Assembly: GCA_003427395.1 (NCBI GenBank)
Contig: BFEA01000011.1
Span: 3,909,153-3,969,959, forward strand
Length of the DNA stretch: 60,807 nt
Direction of reading: 5' to 3'
From: Chara braunii
Taxonomy: Eukaryota; Plantae; Charophyceae
Shown: piece after piece, positions 1 to 11,707 of the stretch
Layout of the letters: every line of letters begins with the position of its first letter
Position numbering within the stretch: position 1 is the stretch's first letter
Notes under the pieces: model-generated
The model's input: only the letters and a program-made list of their open reading frames with translations
The model's database searches: none
What the model was told of the DNA's origin: nothing
Translations under genes and position numbers: made by a program

Positions 1-119
1 CCCAAAAAAAAAAAAAAAAAAAAATTCCTTTTTCCTTTTCCTTTTTTCCCTTTTTCCCTTTTTCCTTTTTCCTTTTCTCCTTTTCCTGTTCCTTTGGCTG
101 CACAGCAGCTCCTCACCTG

Positions 120-285
120 GGCCGTGGTCCCACTAGCAAAGAGGATCGGATCGAAAGCCTGAATCTGGACGAGTTTATGGAGCGGTGCAGGAAATTGAGA
201 TTGAACTGCTTTTCTGCATCTCTGCATAAAACACACTCAGATTCAGGATCTTGATCCTACCCTCTTTGCTAGTGGGACCTCGGCC
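120..285. mobile_element. Harbinger-type MITE / fold-back hairpin
   Basis: Long imperfect inverted repeat with a 19-bp perfect core (GGTCCCACTAGCAAAGAGG at 126-144, reverse complement at 261-279). Flanked by CTG at 117-119 and 286-288, a 3-bp TSD. Confidence 0.6.
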
Positions 286-708
286 CTGGGGCTAGGACCC
301 ACTAGCAGGTTTTGAAACGGTGTGTGACGGCCGTTCTGTATTTTAAAAAGAACAAGGGGACCCGCCGCGGCTCCGCCCGCGGCAGAGTAGGAGGCAGGAG
401 GAAGAAGCCGGAGGCCGAGGCGTGAAGAAGGGAGGGGTGGATGTGAGGGATGTGTCCACAACCCCCATATTCACCCACCGAAGTGAGGGATGTGTCCACA
501 ACCCCCATATTCACCCACCCAACCTCCCTCGTCCACGTGCGGTGCAGGAAATTGAGATTGAACTGCTTTTCTGCATCTCTGCATAAAACACATTCAGATT
601 CAGGATCTTGATCCTATCCTCTTTGCTAGTGGGACCTCGGCCCTGGGGCTAGGACCCACTAGCAGGTTTTGAAACGGTGTGTGACGGCCGTTCTGTATTT
701 TAAAAAGA
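182..708. repeat. ~170-bp direct duplication (182-352 / 539-708) with a short tandem duplication at ~443-520
   Basis: Near-identical copies are directly visible. The duplication includes the left TIR of the Harbinger element. Confidence 0.8.
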
Positions 709-728
709 AAGTAGAAGTGCCATATTTC

Positions 729-827
729 TAGGGAGATATCCCAGGCGGCCGGGTCCCGACGTCACGCCCGGTTTGGCTACCGGGTGACCGGCCGGGCATG
801 ATCCCCGAGCATGGGCCCGGGCAGCCC

Positions 828-867
<40 letters not shown>

Positions 868-1213
868 CTCCAAAAAAATCTGCAAAAAATATGTTGTATA
901 GAATTGCAATACAAACAACTTTTTGGCTGAGGGTCACATCAGAATTCCTCACCGAACTGAAGATGAAAAAAAGACATAACCAAATCACACTAAGGAACCC
1001 CCCTTCAAACCCCTTTAGCCCCTTTAAAGTTCATTTATACTCCCCTTCCCCCCATTGATAGCCAACTCTCAAAAAAAGAGAAGTGCCCGCATTTGGGCTC
1101 CTCTCGGAGANCTCGGAAAAACCCCACCGCCAATTTTTATTTTTATTTTTTTCCCATGCCCGGGTAACCCGGGCATCACGCCGGATGTCCGGCCGGTCAT
1201 AAACATCTTTCTA
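729..1213. mobile_element. Non-autonomous DNA transposon (hAT- or Mutator-like) nested in the Harbinger
   Basis: Imperfect TIRs TAGGGAGATAT...ACATCTTTCTA and GC-rich CCGG subterminal repeats. Direct repeat GCCATATTTC at 719-728 and 1214-1223 (8 bp if the termini are read as CTAG). Confidence 0.7.
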
Positions 1214-1616
1214 GCCATATTTCGTATTTTGGATAGTATGTAATCTCTGTCAGGGAAGGAAAAGAAGAAAAAAAAAAAAAAAAGGAAGAATGTCCCCAGT
1301 CCTATCTCTGCCCGCTTTTGGAGGGATGCTGTGAGACCCGCTGTCAGTCATCATGTGGGACGTGCTTTTTTTTTCCTGTCTGATTGTGACCCACCTACTG
1401 TCCCCGGATGACGTTTCTATCCGCATTTGTTGGCCACATTCGGTCGGCCGTATGTTGGGGGCTGTGCATTTGGAGTAGAAACATGACCTTTCCCGCTCGG
1501 ACTCGCTCCACTACACTCCGCAAGCAAATGGGACTCCTATCACAGCGGTGTACCTATTCATGTTGCAGACAAACATTCGCTTCGTTTAGCACAATTGGAC
1601 GGTAGCGGAGGCAGAC

Positions 1617-1888
1617 CCACCTTTTGGTAATCGCCGTTGGTTGACGTGGAGAATGGACAATGGGAAGGATGCAGAAGTTGAAGGAAATTGGCACATCCTG
1701 GCCCTTGCACTGTCGTAGGTGCACTCCGGCCTGCCTCACCTTTTGGTAATCGCCGTTGGTTGACGTGGAGAATGGACAACGGGAAGGATGCAGAAGTTGA
1801 AGGGAGAATGGACAATGGGAAGGATGCAGAAGTTGAAGGAAATTGGCACATCCTGGCCCTTGCACTGTCGTAGGTGCACTCCGGCCTG
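1617..1888. repeat. ~120-bp tandem duplication with an internal 34-bp re-duplication
   Basis: CACCTTTTGGTAATCGCCGTTGG...CACTCCGGCCTG occurs twice. Confidence 0.8.
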
Positions 1889-1935
1889 TGTTACGCCCTT
1901 TTCCAGGACTTGGCTCCTCGCGTCATGTTCCAAAC

Positions 1936-1970
<35 letters not shown>

Positions 1971-2453
1971 TTTGCTCCTACCCCCCTACAAACCTGTTCT
2001 TGCAGGTTACAGGTGAGGGGTTCATTGCTGAGTTGTTGGGCCTATCCTTCGAGGTTTTTTTTTATTGTATCTAATTTTTGGGGTAAGTACGTTCATGTCA
2101 CCTTTAAGTATGGAATGGGCAAAAAAAACACGCGTAGGCAAAGAAAACCGCGCCGAGTTCAAAAAGGCAGCGGAAGTATCGCCTGCCATGGTGTCAGACC
2201 GGGTGTCATATTTACAGGGGTCGGCCGTGGTGTCAGAGGGGAAAAAAAAAAAAAAAAAAGGAAATGCCCAACATACATTTGGACCGCAATCGCTCATTTC
2301 GAGTTGGCGGGTGGTTTCTTTGCCGGCGCAAGTTTTTTTTGCCTTTAGGGTTTCAAGACATGCCGCATCCGCCGTTATTTCGTTGTTGTTTTTTTCGGGT
2401 CAACGAAGGGTGCACATTGGCTGTAGGATTCACCTAACATTTTGCAGGGATCG

Positions 2454-3700
2454 CTATGCCACGGCTGCACAGGAGAGATCGAGAAGCAGTTGCAGTTGCT
2501 GCCATGGCAGTGGCTGGAAGGATGGCCAAGGATGTTTTCGCGTCCTCGATTTCATTTTTGACAGCGGAACGAGCGCCGCCTCCCCCATTCTGTACTGCCG
2601 TCGTCCAGTCCATATCTGACTCTTCTCGATGATGACCATGATGGCAGCAACTGCGGAGGGCGCAGTCTCCTCTGGCTCTGACCGACCATTGCAGAGATAA
2701 CGAATCTCTATGCCCGTGCTCCGCCTAGGTGGTGGGTCATGCGACAAACTGCTGGGTTGTGGAAGGATCTCCTTCCAGGGGACAATGCCGAGGACGACCA
2801 TTTAATTTACTTCCCTCTGCTGCGGATGCGGCGGTCAACATTCAACCGTTTATTGCGAAAGGTTGGGCCGCTTCTTGAGAAACAAGTTACTAAAATCAGA
2901 CTGCCGTTACCGCCGGGGCAAAAGCTTCCGGACGCGATCCACAGGTGGGCGCACGGGGATCACCACTGGCACAGCTTCTCTGCTTACGGAATGGGTAAAA
3001 CCAGCGGACTGTGAGCGATCAAAGAAGTTGCGGAAGCGATCATTGCCTTGTATCCTAATCCAGTGGGATTCGGGGGGGTTTCGGGAGTGACACGAGAGGA
3101 TGCAGAAGTTCGAGGACTTGGGTTTCCCCAATTGTTGGGGATGCATCAGCTGCACTCACTTGTATACGGACAAGACAAACTTCGATCGAGGGATGGCGAT
3201 GACTATTGGTCTGGAAGGAACAACAGGTTCTCCATTGTGGCGCAAGTTGTCATCGACTCTGACCTCAAGATCCTAGACTTCTGCTATGGTTTCCCTGGGA
3301 CCATTGGTGAGGCCCATGTCTTGAGGGAGACGTCTTTGCACAGGCGAGCGTTGAGGGGACATTTGTTCCTGGATGACGCTGAGGACCCATACCGTGCTGA
3401 AAGGACACCAATTCCCGGTGTGCCAGGAGGGTATTTGCTCGGTGATGGGGTCTCAAGTGGAGGCAAGTTGGATAGACCTGGTCCATGCTGTGGACCAAGT
3501 CCAGGGCCCTCACTTCCGAAGAGCACTTTGGAACTGTCCGGGCCAGGCTGAGCAGACTGGGACTCCATGAATCCCCAGTCCTGAATGGCCGACAGCCGCT
3601 CGGGATCATTGCCTGAGCCATAGCTGAAGGCAAAGGGTGCTGCGAGGGCGCTGCAGGAACATTTCGTGCACCGCACGTGCGCGGTGGAGCAATGGAGATG
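2454..3700 (+). pseudogene. PIF/Harbinger (HARBI1-like, DDE_Tnp_4) transposase, frameshifted
   Basis: Motifs LRMRRSTFNRLL...LEKQVT, GFPQ, FSIVAQVVIDSDLKILDFCYGFPG and YLLGDG are spread over broken ORFs (2739-3014, 3048-3551). Confidence 0.85.
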
Positions 3701-3774
3701 GCATCAACAGAAAGCACGAAGGTGGAAACGGAGAATGCAGGAGGCCCCATCAAATGTTGGCTGGAGGGATGTCT

Positions 3775-3950
3775 ATTTTTTATTTTATTTTCTTTTATTT
3801 TATTTTTAGAAACTTCTGGGGAGGGGGACACTTGGGAGTCTCAGAGTGATAAGAGCAGTTCCCTCAAGTGGTCCCTCGGCCCTCAGGTGAAGGCTCAGTC
3901 TATTTGTGGGGAGCTGCACCTGCTGGAAACCGGGTCCAACGTCCCAAAAA
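3775..3950 (-). mobile_element. 5'-truncated retroposon 3' tail (structured-tail family)
   Basis: T-rich tail, then a hairpin with a CTGCTCTTATCA loop and a GTTGGA-CCCGGTT-TCCAGC hairpin (minus strand). Confidence 0.65.
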
Positions 3951-4029
3951 TTACACGACAACATTGAGTTTGCTGGAAACTGGGTCCAGCTTCCCAGTTA
4001 TTACGCTATTGTCCTGGTTGTGGGCCTTC

Positions 4030-5150
4030 GTACTGCTGAAGGGCCCGTTTTTTCCTGCTATGTTTATTGCTGTATTCCTCCTTCCTCCTCTTCTGGCGCC
4101 GCTGTTAACTTTTGATCCCCTACCAAAAAGGCTTGGAGATCCCGCTGTTGTTGTGTTCCTGCTTCCTCCTTTCCTCTTCCGTTGTTGTGTGGTTCAGGGG
4201 GGCCTGGTTGCCTGGTCTCTGTCCCTGTATTGAGCAGGCCTCCGTGTAGCACCTCTGACTATGTTGTGGGTAGCTTGGTTTTGGTTGTCCTCCTTCGTCA
4301 TTGTCACTCTTCCTGTGGTAGAGACTGCAGTATTAACGGGCCATCCTTGTGCAGGTGGCCGCTCGAGCTGCGGCTATCTTCTGTGCTGTCACCCTGCGCC
4401 TCAAGGTACTTGGTCTGCTCAGCTGGCTTGACGGGGGGTGCTGGGGAACGGGGCAGAGAGCCCAGCAGGTTCAGGAGGGGAGTGGGGCTGTCTCTTATAC
4501 ACATCTAGATGTGTATAAGAGACAGGGGGGGGGGGGTGGGGGCGGGAGAGGGGGGGGAGCCATTGGAAGTGGGGGGGGAGGCTGCGGGGACACCGGGGGC
4601 AGGTCATTGGGCGGGAGGGCGGTGTTTGATCAGGCGTTGGGGGGGGTTGAGTTGACTGCATCGGTTCCCTGGTCTGGAGAGGGAGGGAGGAGGGGACTCG
4701 GGCGGGTAACTCGTTCGGGAGTTGGGCTCCTGATTGTACATTGAGGCTCACCATGGGCATAGCGGACAGTGTTCGCGGAGGCAGGGGCACAGGGAGGCAT
4801 TCGGCCCGGCTGTCGGACCACTGGTCATCGTGCATTCCCAGTTCTTCCAACTAAGCTTCCCTTTGTCGTGTACTTCCGCCATCTTGCAATCCGAAAGGCA
4901 GCTATGGCCTTTCTCCTGCACTCCCCGTCCTGGGTCGCTGCCGGTACCTCGGCGAGCTTCTTGCTGGCTTTAATCATGTTTGCCCATATGACTTCCAGTA
5001 ACTGTGTTTTGGCTTGGTGGAAGGGTGGAGGGATGTCTAACGGGCGTATGGATTTGATGCTCGTCATCGGGAGGCGCTCCACACTGGCACAGTAGCGGGG
5101 TCCGTTTCCACTCAGAAGTGCACTTCCCTATTCGGCAAAGCAGAGAGAGC
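4030..5150 (-). pseudogene. Possible second (DNA-binding partner) ORF of the Harbinger element, degraded
   Basis: Fragmented Pro/Ser-rich ORFs convergent with the transposase inside the TIRs. Harbinger elements normally carry a second Myb/SANT ORF, but no clear Myb motif is visible here. Confidence 0.3.
4488..4525. other. Nextera mate-pair junction adapter (assembly contamination)
   Basis: Exact CTGTCTCTTATACACATCTAGATGTGTATAAGAGACAG, next to a poly-G run. Confidence 0.98.
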
Positions 5151-6416
5151 ACACGGCTGTGCTTAATACCGGAAAGCCAAGGCTGGCAGAGGCAAAGTCA
5201 CACATGTGACAGACAAGCCGTCCAAATGCATAAGAATAGCAATGAACAGAGGTATGAACACTGGCCGCATGTGGTGTTGAAAACAACATACCCGCAAGCA
5301 GTACTGTGTCCGTGACTTGCAGACGTGATGATTGTCAGAACCATACGAGCAAAGAAAGGAAAAGAAAAATTGGCTGTCTTTTTCTCGTTTTCTTGTTTTG
5401 AGGAACGCCGGACCGCTCAAACGGAGTCGCATACATGTCCCCTCCCTCTAAAGCTCATAGCCATGAGACCATGCTACAGTGCTTTCCCATTTTATGACAA
5501 CAATTACTAGTCATTTTCCGGCCTGTGGGTTGGCTGAAACGGCGGCCTTGAGGCAATAACTAACTGCGTACTGGAATCGGGGCCCTGCATTCAGGGGTAC
5601 ATCGACGGGCTCACCGCGTCACCAAGTGCCACTCATGATTGAAAACAGGACTGCCCCTGTATAAAACGGCGCAGGTGGGTCCTAGCCCTTGCTTGGGATC
5701 AAGTTGACAATCTGAAAAAAAAAAGAAAAAAAGGCCAAGTTTTAAATACAGTAAGAACTCCAGCCACCGTGTCCGACACACTGTGAGTTCCAAGAAGCAC
5801 TTTAGTCACGGCCAAGTCGGGCGTGGCGGAGACATCTCGGCCGTGGCCCAGGCACGAGGGGCCAGGGCAGGCCTGATTCTAGCCCAAGACACGGCCAGGT
5901 TCACATCGCATGTGGCCAAGACATCTTGGCATGGTTCAGATGGTGCTACTGGCTGACCCTCTTGGCTATTTCCCATGGCACGATAACTTTAGGTTGTGTG
6001 ACACATCAAATGGCCCTCCGTTCTGGCTGAAACCTTTCCCGCGGCAAGTGAAGAGCGCCATGGCCTAGAAGTCCCTGGACGGCGTGGCCACTGACACAAC
6101 TGAGTTGGCTGCCTGAGATCGTTTTGCAATTAAAAATCAGGCCGCGACTGAAGTGCGAAAACAAGTTTGTATTGCACATAAGTTTCGAAAAGTATCCGGG
6201 CACTGATGAACGCCCACCCCGCAGGATATTTTGGAGAAAGGAAACAAAAAGATTTGAAAAGTATGCCGGCGCCATAGTTATTTGGAAAAAAATAGTTCAA
6301 ATTCATGGAAAGCGGCATGGGTAGTGCTAGCAGAAGCCAGTTGAACAGCATGTGTGTGTACCATGATCCTGTTCTAAACCAGGTTACTACTTAGACAGTA
6401 TGCCTTCATGTCACAG

Positions 6417-6757
6417 AGGGAGGAGGAGGGAGGAGGGGGGAGGAGGGGGGAGGAGGGTGGAGGAGGGCGGAGGAGGGAGGAGGAGAAGGAGGGAGAAGGA
6501 GGGAAAAGGAGGGAAAAAGAAGAAAAGGAGAGAAAAAGAAGAAAAAGGAGAGAAAAAGAAGAAAAAGGAGAGAAAAAGAAGAAAAGGAAGAAAAAGAAGA
6601 AAGAAGAAGAAAGAAGAAGAAAGAATGGACATTAATGAAGAAAGAAGAATGAATAATGCCTAATGAAGAAAAGAGAAAAAAGAAGAAAGAAGGACAAGAA
6701 CAAGGGGGATAAAGAATAAGACCAAGAAAGAAGAAGAAAGAGGAGGAAGAAGAAGAA
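6417..6757. repeat. GA-rich low-complexity tract
   Basis: Purine-only degenerate GGA/GAA repeats. Confidence 0.9.
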
Positions 6758-6808
6758 TCTTTATGTCCTTTCAGGGTGAGCAGGCAGCAGCGGTGCACTG
6801 ATACTCAC

Positions 6809-6936
6809 CCGCACAGAAGTTAACTGGCATGGGGGTTTTTGGATTCCCGTAGTTGCTGTAGAGAAACCTCCAATGTCCTCCTGATCCCTTATATCCAACG
6901 CCGCGACTCCAATGAGCTGCCCATTTTTCCGAAACA
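6809..6936 (-). CDS. Exon of VWA/Cache-domain (alpha2delta/CACHD1-like) gene
   Basis: TTGCAG acceptor and GTGAGT donor. Encodes (V)FRKNGQLIGVAALDIRDQ..., the GVxxxD strand of a dCache domain. Its phase matches the exon at 50230-50572. Confidence 0.75.
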
Positions 6937-7261
6937 CTGCAACGGGCAAGGATGTGGGGGCCAAACATCAATCCCTTCTTTTTTTTTTTTTTTTTGCCAA
7001 ACATCAATCATGAATCACCATCCATGCAAGTTCTGTCATCATTACAAATCTAATGATCCCAATCACTGCACTCCCTCATCAGTGGGCATTCCCATGTGGC
7101 AACCCTAGTGCGAACCAAGGGCCCGGGACCAACGAGGTCCATTTGGAACAGCTGTGGAGTTCCACCCCCCCCCCCCCCCCCCCCNNNNNNNNNNNNNNNN
7201 NNNNNNNNNNNNNNNNNNNNNNNNNNNNNNNNNNNNNNNNNNNNNNNNNNNNNNNNNNNGA

Positions 7262-7535
7262 CGTGCTCCAATCTATTCGTGGGGAGCAACACGTGCTGGG
7301 AGCCGGGCCCAGCGTCCCATTCAAGAAACATACTGAGAAAATTATGCAGAACACTTTGAGAGGCTCCGGCTGAAAGATTTTTTTTTTTTTTTTTTTTTTT
7401 AAACGCCCACGCCAGTGTTAGTGGTGCTGATAAGAGCAGACACCACTAGCACCTGGGGAGAGGCTCCATCTATTGGTGGGGAGCAGCACCTGCTGGAAAA
7501 CGGGTCCAGCGTCCCATATAGAAAATGAGCTTGGA
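7262..7535 (-). mobile_element. Two tandem retroposon 3' tails (structured-tail family)
   Basis: Copies at ~7262-7325 and ~7378-7535, the second with its polyA (poly-T on +). Both contain the shared GGGACGCTGG..CCCG..CCAGC hairpin. Confidence 0.7.
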
Positions 7536-7889
7536 ATGGACATGATTCTGAGCAGGAAGCGCTGTTGCGCGCCCGATTGCCGCAGCAGGCTTGTGGGACG
7601 TCGCGCGCAGATGTCGTTTGATATTTCTGTAGGATTACGTGGAAATGCCACGTGTCCTTACGGGACAGCGTTGGGTTGGTGCATGATTGGAGGAGAAATC
7701 GTGATTGAGAGCCATAGCCATTTTTTGTCTTCGAAGCAAAGACGATGCTCAACTCATGAGCGCTTTGTTTAATGATACAACATTCGGTCAACAAAAGTTG
7801 CTTCATCAGATTTGCTGACTTAAAGAATTCACGGTATTCGACTAATCGCGGTGGTGAGCTTCTGTGACATCTATGACGATTGCCTACTC

Positions 7890-8210
7890 ATAGGTCAGTT
7901 TTGCTTGATTTGGTGCAGACGGCGCGTGATAATCTCCATTGTTAGGTCAATGACGACTGGCTATTCACACTGCTCTGGGGATGGTGAATGACATTCCCCT
8001 TCGATAGGTCAGCGCTGTTCGTTTCGGCGGTGTGTGACATTCCCCAATAGGTCAGCGCTGTTCGTTTCGGCGGTGTGTGACATTCCCCATTGATAGGTCA
8101 GCGCTGGTTGATTTGGCGGTCCTTAATTGTTAGTCAATATTGTTTGATTTGGTGGTTGTAGTAGGTCAATGAAGGTTGACCACTCAGACTGCTACGTCAA
8201 CGACGTTGGT
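7890..8210 (+). repeat. ~43-bp tandem monomers in the putative LINE 5' UTR
   Basis: TAGGTCAGCGCTGTTCGTTTCGGCGGTGTGTGACATTCCCC occurs twice, with a partial third copy and diverged TAGGTCA-led copies on either side. Confidence 0.7.
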
Positions 8211-8787
8211 CTAGTGTATGTCGCTGAATTTCATGGCTGAGTTGAGTTGGTGGATATTTATTGGCTTCCTTCGAAGAGCGGTAAGCATCTGTTGACGGCG
8301 AGTGACACTTCGAGTGTCAGAGGTTTTCTATACCAGGACAAGATGGTGATTGTGCCAGAGTCACTTTCGTCTTGAAATCATCATTGAATGAAGGACGGTA
8401 GGCAAAGAGTCTCGATTCCCTGTCCTTTAGTGTCTGTCATCATTTGGCAATGCTAAACTGGGAAATCCAGAGCAACGAAGACCAGAGTATTTAGTTTTGA
8501 CGACAGAGGGTCATTGAGACCATGAGTGGTCGAGGGGGTCGATTTTAGTACACAAGATCGTCAGAAGGGTTCTACAGGGAGGACGGGAATCGCCGGGGTT
8601 CTGAGTTCAAGCACAAGTCAAGGAAGAAGCATCGAGCGACTGAAGAGAGCTTCCTTCATGAGTGAAGTGCTTCCTCCAGCCTGACAACTTCCCCTACACT
8701 TTTCCCATCCTCTTCGTCACCAGCCAGTCCATCAAATTTATCTCATACATATTTATACATAATACATAATTTATAATTGTTTTTTCA

Positions 8788-11600
8788 TTGTTTTCACAAA
8801 ACAAAATGACAAGGACAGTTCGGCATCAGAGAGCTCACAGGCATGTTGATTCTATGTTGATGTTTCGTGGGGCAATGCGGCAATTAGCAGCAAAACAGTT
8901 GCACACGCCTATCAGAATGTCGATACAAAGTGGGCTGAAAAAGCAGCTTTTACAATCAGCAGCTTGTAATTGCTCTGATGACGAGGTCCTCACAGAAGAG
9001 GAAAAATTGCAGAGAGACAAAAAAATTTTGGCCCTAAAGAACCGCAGAACAGATACGAAAGGGGAAAGAAGGAACAAAGAGGTAGTGAGCACTCACGGAT
9101 CTTCGATGATCTCTCTTTTATCAACCAACGTGGGCGTGGGGGGAAGGGCGAATTTGGGGATGGGAAATAAAATGACGAACAATCCCCTTTTCACAGGAGA
9201 AATAATTAATCCTCTAACAATGAAGGGGAATGATGATTTGAGTCTTGCATGTCATGTCGAAGAGATTTCCTCGGTAGATAATGACGACTTTCCTCCTCTC
9301 CAGAGTTCAGGGGCAAAAAGAGGAATGGATGAAGGGGGAGAAAGACTGCTTGAAGGATTGAATGATGGAAAGGGGAATGAGGAACGGGATGGGGAAAAAA
9401 AAGAAACACAAGGAGGAGGGAGTGGAAGGAAGGAAGGGAGGGAGACCGAAAGCGAGAAAGAAGGGGGAGGGGAAAGAAGAGGGGGGAACTCGACAGAGGA
9501 GGAAAGACAGGAGATGGGAAGAGCAAAAGGAAAGGAAGTGGCCTCAACTTCGACTGCTACTTCCTGGCTTCAGAAAACAAAGGGTCCTTTTCANNNNNNN
9601 NNNNNNNNNNNNNNNNNNNNNNNNNNNNNNNNNNNNNNNNNNNNNNNNNNNNNGGGCCTTCTTTCTTTCAAAATTTATCAGTCCCTCAGAAAAGAGGGTG
9701 GTAGATAATGGGGGGAAGAAGTCCATGATTAAAATATACCCTGCGCAGAAAGTGGCAGAAAGGGATCTGATATATCAATCTCATGCCAATAATTGGGTTT
9801 TTTATGATGACGCAGCGTACAAATCAGTAAATGAAAAAATAAAATAGATTATCAAACGACTCATGCATTTGAAAGGGAGTATTGAAGCAGTAAATGAAGA
9901 TTTCTTAATTCAACCGGTCTCGTCTACTACTTTTACAGTTTTAAGTGTCCACACAGCTGACAAGACTCAAATTGATAGCTGGAAAAAACTACATTGTGAT
10001 AGGTCAGAGGTCCGCATTTATCCTTGGTCTCCCCAAAAGCAAGGCCCGGACGATAGACGAAGGCAAATGATGGAGGAAAATTTCTGGGTGGAACTTCGCC
10101 ATATTCCGATTGAAATTCATGGGGCGTTTTTTCATGACTGTGGGGAAAACCATGATATTGTGGATTTTATTGACCCTCTACCAGCGTATGCTGCAAAGAG
10201 GGATGATTATTTGATGATCGCAATTAATCATCCCTCTAATATCCCTTTCAATATTGACGACGTGATTCCCTACAGAGTAGGGGGGCGAGAGTATTATATT
10301 CACACTTCACACAAACTGCGCCCGTGGTGCTTTCGCTGTAAAGCTTACGGGCATCTCTATTTGGATCCATCGTGTGAACATAACCCTGCACGCAGACAAA
10401 AATCAACGGGGAGACTGATTAGGGATCCATTTAAGTCTAATCTGTGGAGGACAGTAGACTCTGGGCATGAAGGATGAGTGTTTGTGGAAAACCCAGGCAA
10501 GGGTCAGGGTCCCAGAGGGTGGACGTGGGAAAGGCGGGGAGAACCGCACTGGGAATCTAAACCCCCAGACAGCTGGTCCCCACCGGCCTCGGCACCCCCT
10601 GTACAACAACAGCAAACAACACAAAAATCCGCAGAAAATAATGCGGGATCTCATAAACGAACAGATTATGATTCCTAAGGGAATAGTAATGCTCAATGAG
10701 GGAGACGAGGAGCATTCGGAGATCATTGACCTCTCAGGTGATATTATTTCCCAGGAATCCCACAACACTCTGTCCCAGATACCTCGAGGGGATGAAATAA
10801 TACTGTATCAACACAAAGAAGAAGAGACGAATGGGTCCTTGCAGCAAGAGAATGATCAGTCAATCATTCCTATTGAGGAAAAGAAAAAAAGGACTTCGCA
10901 GCAAAGAATGGTCTCCTTAAAATCGACAGATGCACAAAGTCAAATTGAGGGTTTGGTTTCCTTTCCAGTTCCGGTAACACAAGAAATGGGAAAAAGACAA
11001 AAACTCAGGAATATGCTGGAACGGGGACAGGCGGTTAAACCGCCAAACCTAAAAGGGAATCTAGTGATACCTGTGAGAAAGAGGAATGGGAAGTGGGAGC
11101 TTGGTCTCTCCCCGATAAGACAAGACCAGTATGGGGGCGTCACGTTAAGGGGATGGACAACACATACATAGTATCAGACAGCGAACGACCGAATGTTCAA
11201 AAGAGATTTACAAGATTTCTTATCCAAACACTATGACCCGGGTCCACATGCCATTCTCATGGAAGTTGGGGACAAAGCTCTGATGACTAAGAGAGATGTC
11301 TTTGTCCGCTTTGAGGAACACAAGGAAGCAGACCTTAAGTGGTATTCTCATACTGCCCTCTTGGATCTGCAATGCCTTAAGGTCAAGGCCAATTTTGTGT
11401 GGTCGGTAGCTGATGTGGCATCCTTTTGCTGTTTCATTCTTAGAAGAGGAATTCTCCTCTCCTCTTCCGATTTTGACAAGGGAGTTTGGAAATTTTGATC
11501 CAAACTCCCTTGTCAAAATCGGAAGAGGAGAGGAAAATTCCTCTTCTAAGAATGAAACAGCAAAAGGATGCCACATCAGCTACCGACCACACAAAATTGG
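8788..11600 (+). pseudogene. LINE ORF1 (disrupted)
   Basis: Broken ORFs containing WVELRHIP and the zinc knuckle CFRCKAYGHLYLDPSC, upstream of ORF2. Confidence 0.75.
11389..11600. repeat. ~100-bp-arm inverted duplication flanked by a 21-bp direct repeat
   Basis: Arms at 11389-11490 and 11499-11600. TGCAATGCCTTAAGGTCAAGG at 11368-11388 and 11604-11624. Confidence 0.9.
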
Positions 11601-11707
11601 ATTTGCAATGCCTTAAGGTCAAGGACAAAAAATTTTGATATTTTGATAAATATTTTGATCATATCACTTATGGAGGCTCTTCATGCTTTTTATGGTAGAA
11701 ATCCAGC

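Larger units (their letters stand above)
646..5688 (+). mobile_element. Degenerate PIF/Harbinger DNA transposon
   Basis: 14-bp TIR GGGCTAGGACCCAC (646-659, also 289-302) with its reverse complement at 5675-5688. Flanks are CTG/TTG. An internal DDE_Tnp_4-like transposase remnant is present. Confidence 0.7.

Noticed and set aside
4488-4525. Perfect 38-bp palindrome (Tn5 mosaic ends)
   Set aside because: It is the Nextera mate-pair junction adapter, a library artefact. The peptides VSYTHLDVYKRQ and MCIRD derived from it are spurious.
6200-9000. Other CTGATGA/CTGAAGA matches (~6203, 7076, 7803, 8640, 8975)
   Set aside because: None has a compatible stem II, GAAA, stem III and stem I arrangement, so they are not hammerheads.
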